From assembly GCA_964610635.1 (NCBI GenBank), contig CAZSWI010000003.1, positions 194 through 64,193 of the forward strand: a DNA stretch of 64,000 nt, read 5' to 3'. The DNA comes from an uncultured Acidobacterium sp. (lineage in GTDB: Bacteria; Acidobacteriota; Terriglobia; Terriglobales; Acidobacteriaceae). The notes below the pieces were generated by a model, which was not told where the DNA came from, searched no databases, and worked only from the letters and a program-made list of their open reading frames with translations. Both the position numbers and the translations under genes were made by a program. Position 1 is the stretch's first letter. The number at the start of each line of letters is the position of its first letter. Positions 46,054 to 55,057 of the stretch are shown here, in pieces.

Positions 46054-47064
46054 ATGGCAAGGCAACCACTGGTCAGCATCGTAACGCCGGTCTACAACGA
46101 GGCGGGCTATCTCGGCGAATGTATCGAAAGCGTTCTCGCTCAGACATACACGAACTGGGATTACACCATCATCGATAACTGCAGCACGGATGGGTCCGGG
46201 GACGTGGCCCGGCGGTATGCGGCCAAAGACCCGCGGATACGCGTCCATCGCAACGCCGATTTTCTCAGCGTCATTGCGAACCACAATGTAGCCCTGCGAC
46301 AGATTTCTCCGGAGAGCAAATACTGCAAGATGGTCCTCGGAGACGATCTGATCTACCCGAATTGTCTCGAGAAAATGGTTGGGCTCGCGGAGGCAAATCC
46401 GTCGGTGGGGATGGTTGGCGCCTATGCGCAGGAAGGGGAGCGGATTGCGTGGACCGGATTACCGCGCGAGGAATCGGTCGTGCCGGGCCGGGAAATCTGC
46501 CGCCGCCACCTTCTGGAGGGGCTGCACATCTTTGGGTCTGCCAACGCCGTGCTGTATCGCGCGGATCTGGTGAGGGGCCGGAACCCCTTCTATAGCGAGA
46601 CGAACATTCATGCGGACACCGAAGTTTCCTTCGCGCTTCTGAAGAAATGCGATTTTGGCTTCGTGCATGAGGTTCTCACATTCACTCGGGTCCGGCAGGC
46701 GTCGCTGAGCACAGTGTCCCGAGGTCTGCACACCTACTTCGGCGGCACGCTGCAGGTCCTGCTGGGCTACGGGCCGGATTATCTGACCATGGAAGAGTAC
46801 GAAGCCGAGTTAACCTGGCATTTGGCGGACTATTACAGGTTTCTGGGCAAGAGCTTGATCCAGCGCCGCGAGCCGAAGTTCTGGGAGTATCACAAACGCC
46901 AGCTGGAGCAGGCGGGGCTGGGCTTTAGCCGGCTGCGGGTCGCGGCTGGCGCGGTGTCAGCCCTGGGTCACGTGGCGGCAAAGAGGTTACGGAAAAGCAA
47001 GATGACCGGCAGGTCCGGAAAGTCCGGTACCGGGATCGGCGAACCTATAACCAGGGATTGTTAA
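46054..47064 (+). CDS. Glycosyltransferase family 2
   Basis: The N-terminus reads VSIVTPVYNEAGYLGECIESVLAQTYTNWDYTIIDNCSTDGS, and the DxD-like motif reads VLGDDL. Confidence 0.85.
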   Translation: MARQPLVSIVTPVYNEAGYLGECIESVLAQTYTNWDYTIIDNCSTDGSGDVARRYAAKDPRIRVHRNADFLSVIANHNVALRQISPESKYCKMVLGDDLIYPNCLEKMVGLAEANPSVGMVGAYAQEGERIAWTGLPREESVVPGREICRRHLLEGLHIFGSANAVLYRADLVRGRNPFYSETNIHADTEVSFALLKKCDFGFVHEVLTFTRVRQASLSTVSRGLHTYFGGTLQVLLGYGPDYLTMEEYEAELTWHLADYYRFLGKSLIQRREPKFWEYHKRQLEQAGLGFSRLRVAAGAVSALGHVAAKRLRKSKMTGRSGKSGTGIGEPITRDC

Positions 47065-47172
47065 CGAGGTATATCGGGGCGCGGGCCGGTATCGTCCGCG
47101 CCGCCGTCATTGTTGTCGGGCCGCGGAAGGTGAACGCATTTCTCACCGATCCGCCGCAGTGGAGGCGAGGGC

Positions 47173-48141
47173 TTGAAAGCGACGGAGTTAAACGAGCGAA
47201 TAGCCGGAAGATCGGTGCTTGTTACGGGGGCGAGTGGCTTCATCGGAACACACCTTTGCGATCGTCTGATCGCCGGCGGCGCGCAGATTCACGCGATTTC
47301 CCGGACGCGGCAGGAGTCGGAGGGCGAGCAATTGCGATGGTGGCAGGCCGACCTGAGAGACGTTGACGCGGTGCGGCAGCTGGTAGCGGCCCTGCAACCC
47401 CAGATCGTGTTTCATCTGGCCAGCTACGTCATGGGGGCCCGGGAGCTGGGGGTCGTGGTTCAGACCTTCTATGACAATCTCGCCAGCACCGTTCATCTGC
47501 TGACTGCGGCGGCTGAGACGGGATGCCGGCGTCTTGTGCTGGCCAGTTCGTCGGAGGAGCCGCTGAACCCCGCGGGCGACGGCTTTCCGTGCTCTCCTTA
47601 TGCGGCGGCCAAGTGGGCGAGCGGCATGTACGGACGGATGTTTCACCAGCTGTTCGGTTTGCCCGTGGTTATGCCTCGTATCAATATGACTTACGGTCCA
47701 AACCAGAGGGACTTACAAAAGCTGGTGCCGTTCGTAGTCCGTCACTTGATGCGCGCGGAAGCCCCGAAGCTCAGCAGCGGTCAGAGGCGCGCCGACTGGA
47801 TTTACGTTGACGATGTGGTGGAGGGGCTCTTGAGAGCCGCGGTCTGTCCCGGGATAGAAGGCTGCGCGTTCGATCTGGGCACCGGCAGGCTGACCTCTGT
47901 GCGCGAAATCGTGGAACAGATTGTCGAGATTATGGACAGTCCGGTCAAGCCCGCCTTTGGCGCCCTGCAGGATCGGCCATTTGAACAGGAGAGGCCCGCG
48001 GATACGACCTTTCTCGCCGAGAAGCTGGACTATCAGCCCGGAACCACAATTAGGCGCGGGCTTGAAGAGACAGTCGAGTGGTATCGGCGGCAGTTCAGCC
48101 CGGCGCTGGCAGGTACTGCGGCAGAGGCAGGGAATTCGTAA
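47173..48141 (+). CDS. Extended-SDR NAD-dependent epimerase/dehydratase
   Basis: The TTG at 47173 follows GGAGG. The Rossmann motif is VLVTGASGFIGTHLCDRL and the catalytic motif is YAAAK. Confidence 0.85.
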   Translation: MKATELNERIAGRSVLVTGASGFIGTHLCDRLIAGGAQIHAISRTRQESEGEQLRWWQADLRDVDAVRQLVAALQPQIVFHLASYVMGARELGVVVQTFYDNLASTVHLLTAAAETGCRRLVLASSSEEPLNPAGDGFPCSPYAAAKWASGMYGRMFHQLFGLPVVMPRINMTYGPNQRDLQKLVPFVVRHLMRAEAPKLSSGQRRADWIYVDDVVEGLLRAAVCPGIEGCAFDLGTGRLTSVREIVEQIVEIMDSPVKPAFGALQDRPFEQERPADTTFLAEKLDYQPGTTIRRGLEETVEWYRRQFSPALAGTAAEAGNS

Positions 48142-48269
48142 GGCGATTCGCCATCGATTCGTCGACTGAGTGGCGTTTGACAGGAACATCGTCATCGTCG
48201 TCGGTCGATTCAGTGACCAGTTAGCGTTCAGAGAAATTTTCGTACGGACAGGTTCGGAGATTCAATCCT

Positions 48270-50252
48270 ATGAAGACTGCGCAAAACGATTCTGTGGGGA
48301 CGGCGGTCCGCCAGGTTGCGGCGATCGTGTTGGTTGCTGCATTCCTGAGCCTGCCGGTATGGCTGGTTGGAATTCCGCAAACCGGCGATGGCTCGACCCA
48401 TGTGGGGTATCAATATCACTTCAGCAAGCAGTTCTTTCACGGCGACTTCTATCCGCGATGGCTGGCCGGCTCGAACAAAGGCTACGGCGCCCCGATATTC
48501 TTCGTGCAGTACCCGTTTCCGTACTTTGTGACAGCGCTGCTGCGTCCTGTGACCTGGTTCTCAGCAACGACTACGAGGGAAGCGCACGAACTGGGACTGT
48601 ATTGCCTGCTGGTGCTGGCAGCAGCTGGTCTGGCGGCAAGAACATGGTTTCGCAGCCGCTATAGCCCGCTCGCATCGACCATCGGGGCGGTGGTGTATAT
48701 CTCCCTGCCCTATATAGTCGGCCAGACGATCTACGAGCGGGCGTCTCTCGGCGAGCTGGCGGCCTTCGTCTGGATGCCATTAATCTTTTTGCTGTGCGAC
48801 CGCCTTCGTCCGGTTCGCTTCAGTGTGCTGAGCGGCATCGGAGTGCTGTTTGCGCTGTTGATTTTCAGCAATGTTCTGACGGCCGCATTGTTTGCTCCGG
48901 CGATGGTGCTGTACCCGGTCTTCGTGGGCAGGGATTCAGGCATGCCGCTGATTCGCCGGGTGGCGCCGATGTTCGCCGCGTTTATTATCGGGACCGGGGT
49001 GGCCGCGGCCTACGTGTTTCCGATGCTGTCGTATCACCGGCTGTTCGATGCCGGCGCCGTGCCGAAACACCATCCCGTTGCCGAGCTGGGTCGATCCCTG
49101 GTCAGCATCACCCGCAGCGACTTTTCCAATTACCACATTATTATTCCGGGAGCGATGGTGGCTGTGTGCATCATCCTTTTCGCCGCATTCCATGTATGGC
49201 GGGCCCAGGCGGGATCGATTGGGCGATGGCTGGTACTGGGAACCCTGGCAGCGGGCGTGGCGATGCTTGTTCCTGGGCTGGGGCCGAAACTGATCCAGCT
49301 GAGCGGTCTGAAAACAACGGGATTCGACAGCTACAACGGATTTGTTGCAAGGATGCTGTTCACGATGCTGTTCACCGCGGGATTGGGAATGCTTGCCTGG
49401 TGCCGCGTTGCTCGAGAGAAAACGGATGACAGAGAGAGCTTCCTGCTGGCCGTGTGCTGCTTCGCATTCGTGTTGGCGCTGCCGTGGAGCGCGATTCTGT
49501 GGAAGACGATGCCGGTATTTGGCGATGTCATCCAGTTTCCCTGGAGGCTGTGCGCGGTTCTGACTGTCGCGGTTGGCGGCCTCTTCGCCGCCGCCGTCGA
49601 CGATGGCCTGCGTAACAGAGAGAGCAGCCGAGCCAAGCCGTCGCTGCGGGTGATGGTGTCGGCCGCGCTCGTCGTCATTGTCGCCAGCAACATGATCTGG
49701 CGAGTCGATCAGAAGTTCCGCCACCCGAGTACTCCTCACTATGACGCATCGCGGGATGTGGATCCGATGTACAACACCTACGTTCCCGACAGCAAACTTG
49801 TCGCGTTTGCGAAGCTCGTGGGAACTTCCCCTGAAACCTGGCAGGTGGCTCCGACGCCGCCCGTCGAGGGTGTGCGTGCGGAACTGACCGGCAGTACGGG
49901 AACCGTGCAGGTGACCCGCGAAGGGCCGCGCGAGCTGCTGGTTTCCGTACAATCCGAAGGAAATGCCCGGGTGGAGATCGGGCAGCTGGATTTTCCGCTC
50001 TGGAGAATCGTGCCCGCAGGGAACGCGGCGCAGGATGAGTCGCTGAGCACATCCGATGCGGGGCTGGTCGAGGTATCGGTGGGTCCGGGCAAGCACGATT
50101 TCCGGTTGCTGCTCGATGCCGGCAGGCCTGCGCGCTGGGGCGACATCGTTACACTGTTATCGGTGGTGCTGATTGCGGTGGGGCTCGTCGTTTCTGCTTT
50201 GATGACAGGACAGACACAACGGAATGCGGACAGACACCTTGTTTCATCGTAG
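48270..50252 (+). CDS. Large polytopic membrane protein, possibly a GT-C-like glycosyltransferase
   Basis: There are at least 12 hydrophobic helices followed by a ~200-aa C-terminal soluble domain and a final TM helix. The N-terminal loop GDGSTHVGYQYHFSKQFFHGDFYPRWLAGSNKGYGAPIFFVQYPFPYF resembles a family of uncharacterised integral membrane proteins found in glycan loci. Confidence 0.55.
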   Translation: MKTAQNDSVGTAVRQVAAIVLVAAFLSLPVWLVGIPQTGDGSTHVGYQYHFSKQFFHGDFYPRWLAGSNKGYGAPIFFVQYPFPYFVTALLRPVTWFSATTTREAHELGLYCLLVLAAAGLAARTWFRSRYSPLASTIGAVVYISLPYIVGQTIYERASLGELAAFVWMPLIFLLCDRLRPVRFSVLSGIGVLFALLIFSNVLTAALFAPAMVLYPVFVGRDSGMPLIRRVAPMFAAFIIGTGVAAAYVFPMLSYHRLFDAGAVPKHHPVAELGRSLVSITRSDFSNYHIIIPGAMVAVCIILFAAFHVWRAQAGSIGRWLVLGTLAAGVAMLVPGLGPKLIQLSGLKTTGFDSYNGFVARMLFTMLFTAGLGMLAWCRVAREKTDDRESFLLAVCCFAFVLALPWSAILWKTMPVFGDVIQFPWRLCAVLTVAVGGLFAAAVDDGLRNRESSRAKPSLRVMVSAALVVIVASNMIWRVDQKFRHPSTPHYDASRDVDPMYNTYVPDSKLVAFAKLVGTSPETWQVAPTPPVEGVRAELTGSTGTVQVTREGPRELLVSVQSEGNARVEIGQLDFPLWRIVPAGNAAQDESLSTSDAGLVEVSVGPGKHDFRLLLDAGRPARWGDIVTLLSVVLIAVGLVVSALMTGQTQRNADRHLVSS

Positions 50253-50300
50253 GGCCACTCGGAGGCGGCAGAGGCACCTGCTGAGCGGAGGAAATCACTC

Positions 50301-52418
50301 TTGAGGAAGTCACGCAAGCTCCTTCTGGGTGCTGTCGCGGTAGTTGCTGTCGGCGGGGCGATAGCGGCAATTTTTGCATTCAAATCCCTCTCGCGCGGAG
50401 CGACGCTGGAGATGATGACCTGGCGCGCGAAGCTGTTTGCGCGCAAAGCGGAGGGTCGCCTGCCTGACCTGTCATGGCGGGAAATCTGGTTCATGACGCA
50501 CGTTCACGGCGGTTTCGGCCTCGAGGGCGTAACCGACGAAGGATTCAGTCTGGATGGCGCGCTCGTAAATCCTTTCGTGACCGATGCGGACCATCAGGCC
50601 GGAGCGCGAACATTCCGGCAACGTTGCGGGACCTGCCACGGCAAATCGGGAGGCGGCGGATTTGGCCCTCCTCTGAATCATCCGGGGCTGAAGCATGGTG
50701 ACAGCGACCTGGCGATTTACAAAGTAATACGGGAAGGCATTGGCGGAACCGCGATGCCTCGCGTTACCATGACCGCTCAGGACCGCTGGCAGCTGGTCGG
50801 CTATCTGAGGACTTTGCAGGTTGCCGATTCCGGCCATCAGACGGATGATGCGGTCCCGGCAGACCTCCAGGTGAGTAATGGGGATCTTGTCGAGGCGGGG
50901 AACAAAACCGATCGGTGGCTAACATACTCGGGCACTCTCGACGGACATCGTTACACTCCACTCACCGAAATTACTCCAAAGAACGTTGCGGGTCTTCGTA
51001 TCCGTTGGGTTCACCAATACGACACAAACGAAACATCAAGAAGCGAAGCCACACCTCTTGTAATCGACGGAACGATTTTTCTGACAGAGCCGCCGGCCAA
51101 CGTCGTTGCTCTGAATGCGGCGACCGGGGCGGTAAGGTGGCGCTACAGCCGCACCATACCCGATAAGTTGCCGATATGCTGTGCGCGGTCGAACCGGGGG
51201 CTGGCAATCCTGGGCAACGTGCTGTACTTCGGTAGTCTCGATGGTCATCTGATCGCTATCAATGCGGTTACTGGAAGCGTGATTTGGGATACCGGTGTGT
51301 GCAGCCCGTCCGAAGGTTTCACGATGACGGGTGCGCCACTGATCGCTAACGACTCGGTCGTGGTGGGCGTGGCAGGCGGCGAGTATGGAGTGCGCGGTTT
51401 TCTGGCGGCCTACGACACAAAGACGGGTCAGCAGCGATGGAAGTTCAACACGATACCGGGTCCGGGCGAATTCGGACATGATAGTTGGAAGAGCGATGCC
51501 TGGAAAACGGGCGGTGGTCCCACCTGGGTTACGGGGAGTTTCGATCCATCTCTCGACCTCGTTTACTGGGGCGTCGGCAATCCGGCGCCTAATTTTCTGG
51601 GCGATATTCGGGGCGGCGACAACCTGTTCACCGACAGCGTAATCGCGCTGCACCGCGGCAGCGGCAAGCTTGCCTGGTATTTTCAGTTCACGCCTCACGA
51701 CGAACACGATTGGGACGCGGCGCAGACTCCGGTGCTGGCGGATCTGCCCATCCGGGGCGTCACAAGGAAAGTGCTCTGCACAGCGGACCGGAATGGGTTC
51801 TACTATGTGCTCGATCGAACCACCGGCGAGTTTCTGGTGGGTGTGCCTTTCGTGGCGCAGAACTGGGCGAAAGGTCTCGATGCGCGAGGACGACCCATCC
51901 TTACGGACAATGCCGAGGTATCGGTCACCGGCAAATTGACCAGGCCAGGCGTTGCCGGGGGCATCAACTGGCAGAACACGGCGCTCGATCAAAAGCGGGG
52001 ACTGATTTTCGTCCCTTCGACGGAAGGGGCTTCCGTTTTCACGAAGTCCGCGGACGCTGAGCCCGCGCGCGGTGACCAGGGACTCTATCCGGGCAGTTCC
52101 GGCAGCGCCAGCGAACAGCCTGATCCGGTCATCAAGGCGCTCGATGCCGCGACGGGGGACAGGAAATGGGAACTGCCCCTGCCGCCCTGGAAAAAATCCT
52201 TCGGCTACGGCTACAGCGGTCTCCTGGCTACGGGGGGTGGTCTCGTTTTCGGCTCGTCGGGAGGCTACACCTTTGCGATCGATTCGGGCACCGGCCACGA
52301 GATGTGGAGGGTATTCCTCGGCGCGGACACCTATGCCGCGCCCATCTCATTCACCGTTGACGGGCGCCAGGTGATTGCGGTATCGGCCGGCCGGTCTTTG
52401 TACATGTTTGGACTCTGA
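50301..52418 (+). CDS. PQQ-dependent dehydrogenase (methanol/ethanol family beta-propeller) with an N-terminal membrane anchor and c-type cytochrome domain
   Basis: The TTG at 50301 follows GGAGGA. A TM/signal segment reads LLLGAVAVVAVGGAIAAIF. The heme motif is CGTCHG, with a downstream GGTAMP. The propeller shows WLTYSGTLDGHRYTPL, the vicinal CC in LPICCARSNRG, and TPHDEHDWD. Confidence 0.85.
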   Translation: MRKSRKLLLGAVAVVAVGGAIAAIFAFKSLSRGATLEMMTWRAKLFARKAEGRLPDLSWREIWFMTHVHGGFGLEGVTDEGFSLDGALVNPFVTDADHQAGARTFRQRCGTCHGKSGGGGFGPPLNHPGLKHGDSDLAIYKVIREGIGGTAMPRVTMTAQDRWQLVGYLRTLQVADSGHQTDDAVPADLQVSNGDLVEAGNKTDRWLTYSGTLDGHRYTPLTEITPKNVAGLRIRWVHQYDTNETSRSEATPLVIDGTIFLTEPPANVVALNAATGAVRWRYSRTIPDKLPICCARSNRGLAILGNVLYFGSLDGHLIAINAVTGSVIWDTGVCSPSEGFTMTGAPLIANDSVVVGVAGGEYGVRGFLAAYDTKTGQQRWKFNTIPGPGEFGHDSWKSDAWKTGGGPTWVTGSFDPSLDLVYWGVGNPAPNFLGDIRGGDNLFTDSVIALHRGSGKLAWYFQFTPHDEHDWDAAQTPVLADLPIRGVTRKVLCTADRNGFYYVLDRTTGEFLVGVPFVAQNWAKGLDARGRPILTDNAEVSVTGKLTRPGVAGGINWQNTALDQKRGLIFVPSTEGASVFTKSADAEPARGDQGLYPGSSGSASEQPDPVIKALDAATGDRKWELPLPPWKKSFGYGYSGLLATGGGLVFGSSGGYTFAIDSGTGHEMWRVFLGADTYAAPISFTVDGRQVIAVSAGRSLYMFGL

Positions 52419-52857
52419 TCGGATCCGGCGCTGGTGGGTTCCGGAGTGGCCGAGCCCGCGGCTGCGAGGCGGGGTCATGAACCCGGATAGATTGAGGCGG
52501 GCGGTGCGGTTGCCACAAACCGGTGTGTCGCTGAATGTGGTTGCGATCTCGGTTCGAGCGGGTCGCCGCTGACACAACCGGGCGGGAGCGAACCGCATCC
52601 AGAATAACTGCACTGGTCGACTCAGAATCGTCTGCCGCAGTAAAAATCAGCGCGAACCAGCCATTGGGCCTGGGGGAGTTTGCCGGGAGCTGACATTTTT
52701 TTGCGGCGCTCCTACAACCTTAGTGTTACTAAAGTGAAACTTTCGGTTCTGCTTGCGCTAATGTGACTACTGGAACCTTGCGGCGGTCACAATGGGACCG
52801 ATAGACTGACCGTTGAATGGGGCCGGCGGAACGTTTTGGGTGTGGAGGATTTTTCTC

Positions 52858-54348
52858 GTGAGACGCATTGTTTTCCTATTTGCGATTTTTTCCCTGTGCA
52901 CGCTCGCAGGGGCGCAGACTCCAACGCTGGTTCAGCACGTCAGCTGCCCAAATTCAGGAGGCGCCGGAAGCGGCATTGGCGGCGCCATCAGCAATACACC
53001 GGTCTATCAGTGCCCGTTGCCGGAACCGACACAAGCGGGAAATGCCATTATCCTGGGGCTCATTTCGAACAATTCGGGCAATCCGACCTGGACCATATCC
53101 GATGACAAATCGAATGGGTGGACCCTCGGGGCAAGTACGACCGATAGCCAGGGGAACATTATTGCCGTGTACTACGCGCTCAACGTAACGGCCGGGACGA
53201 GAATGCTTTCCGTAAAGAGCTCAGCCGCGACCCAGGGTAACCTGGCGGTTTCCGCCAGCGAGTATTACAACGTTGCTTCCACCGCCGCCCTCGATGCCAA
53301 AAGCTGCAGTGCGGGTTCGAATTCCAAGTCGATCGCCGCGGGAAGCATTACGCCGACTGCTTCCGGAGACCTCCTGTGGCAGTGGGCGGCCACCGCCAAT
53401 ACCTCTTCCGTAACGTCTATCGCAGCAGGCTCCCAGTCGAATATCTCCTGGCAGCTGAACGGAACCGATATCGACGATGGAGACGCCACTCAGGCGGGAG
53501 TCTATAACTCGACCGCCGCGATCAATCCCACATTCAGCAGCGCCACGTCTCAGCCTTTCGACTCCTGCGTCGTCGCCCTGAAGGCTGCCAGCGCCGGCAA
53601 TGCGCCGACGAAGGCATTCCGCATCGTCCACATGCTGCACGAGCAGGAGACTTCAAGCGCGCCCAGTACTTATCCGGTAGAGATGCCGACGTCGGGCAAC
53701 CTGGTCGTGCTCTCCTTCATATCGGGGGGGAATGCCATAACCGGGATCAGCAGCGTCCCCGCGAATAACTGGACGGCCACGGGCCAGGCGATCAGCTCGG
53801 GCCAGCAGGCCACCAGCCAGATCTATTACGCTGCAAATGCCAGCAGCTCAAACTCGATGACTCTCTCGATCAATCAAAATGGAACCATGACCGGTTCCAC
53901 ATTCATGATGTATGACTTTGTCGGCGCCGCGACATCGCCCTTCGATGTGGACTCAGGCGGCCTGGAGGGTGACCAGCAAAGTGCCGTTACCAGCCTCACA
54001 AGCTGCAATAACTGCTTTACGCCGTCGGCGGCCAACGAAGCGATCATCGGAAATATTGGAAATGCATGGTGCACCGCGACCGGCCTCACGGCGCCGGCGG
54101 GTGGGTTGTTCGACGTTGCTGTCTATACCGGCAACAGCGTGAATGGCCCGGAAAGCGTGGATCAGAACAACGGTTGGTTTCATTACTACAGCACCGGCAC
54201 CAGCCCGGTCTCGGTGACCTGGAACTACCTCTGCGGCGGCGATGCGGAAGGGGTTTGGACCGGTCGCCTGGCGGCGTTCAAGCCGGGTTCCCAGAATCAG
54301 CCTGCGCCACCGACCGGGTTGACAGGAACGGTCGTACCTCAGGCATAA
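52858..54348 (+). CDS. Secreted protein of unknown function built from two homologous ~230-aa halves
   Basis: The GTG at 52858 lies 9 nt after GGAGG and gives the signal peptide VRRIVFLFAIFSLCTLAGA. The composition is S/T/A/G/N-rich. Half 1 (LVQHVSC...GNAIILGLIS...WTISDDKSNGWT...IIAVYYALNV) parallels half 2 (IVHMLHE...GNLVVLSFIS...ISSVPANNWT...QIYYAANA). The ORF is open from 52813. Confidence 0.55.
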   Translation: MRRIVFLFAIFSLCTLAGAQTPTLVQHVSCPNSGGAGSGIGGAISNTPVYQCPLPEPTQAGNAIILGLISNNSGNPTWTISDDKSNGWTLGASTTDSQGNIIAVYYALNVTAGTRMLSVKSSAATQGNLAVSASEYYNVASTAALDAKSCSAGSNSKSIAAGSITPTASGDLLWQWAATANTSSVTSIAAGSQSNISWQLNGTDIDDGDATQAGVYNSTAAINPTFSSATSQPFDSCVVALKAASAGNAPTKAFRIVHMLHEQETSSAPSTYPVEMPTSGNLVVLSFISGGNAITGISSVPANNWTATGQAISSGQQATSQIYYAANASSSNSMTLSINQNGTMTGSTFMMYDFVGAATSPFDVDSGGLEGDQQSAVTSLTSCNNCFTPSAANEAIIGNIGNAWCTATGLTAPAGGLFDVAVYTGNSVNGPESVDQNNGWFHYYSTGTSPVSVTWNYLCGGDAEGVWTGRLAAFKPGSQNQPAPPTGLTGTVVPQA

Positions 54349-55057
54349 GCCGGACAGCTCTCAATTTCGAGGCGACTCACGCTGCCATCGGGGCCCTGCT
54401 TTGCTGCAATTTACTTGTTCCGATAGTGCCAATTGCTCTCGGCTTTAGGCCACTTTGGTATCATCGGGCGGCGGTCAGCGACCGGACTGGCTCGCATTCG
54501 TCATCGTACCGCCCGCGCTGCGGTAGAGCGCCGCACTCGCCTGCACTTTCGTGTCGCCCGACACGGCAGAATGAAAGCATTACGGATTTCATTCAAAGCA
54601 GGCTACGGGGCAAGTCTTCCTGGCTGCCCTCTGTCTATCAGATATCCTCCCCTCCCACCCAAAACCCTGCCTCGGGACCAGCGCCACCACCAGACAAATT
54701 CATTGTTCGCCGCGAACCAGGTTCTTCTGGTCCGAGAGTATCTCTCACTGGGGTTACTCCCACGTTGGACTACTCGAAAGAGTCATTGACCAGGGTTTTT
54801 TGCCTGGTTACTTTTGACTGCACGAATGAAGATTTCCGCGCCTACCGGTTCGTCTGCGGGATTAGAGTCTGTGTGGGTTTCCTCTGTTTCGGTGCGGTGG
54901 GTGGAATTCTTTAGGTTTCTCTTTGGTTTCTGATGGGTTGGCCCGGCTGTTTGATTACCCGTCTCGTTGATGTTAACTCCTGGACAGCAGGCAGCCGCTG
55001 CGGAACGGCTGCGCGTGGCCCCTGTCGCATGGGACGATCCGATTTCAGTGAGGTTCA

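Noticed and set aside
54066-54914. 282-codon + strand ORF covering most of the 709-bp spacer before the giant gene.
   Set aside because: It starts inside the preceding gene in another frame. Its composition is Cys/Arg/Pro/Ser-rich with no motifs, and it lacks a convincing RBS or start.
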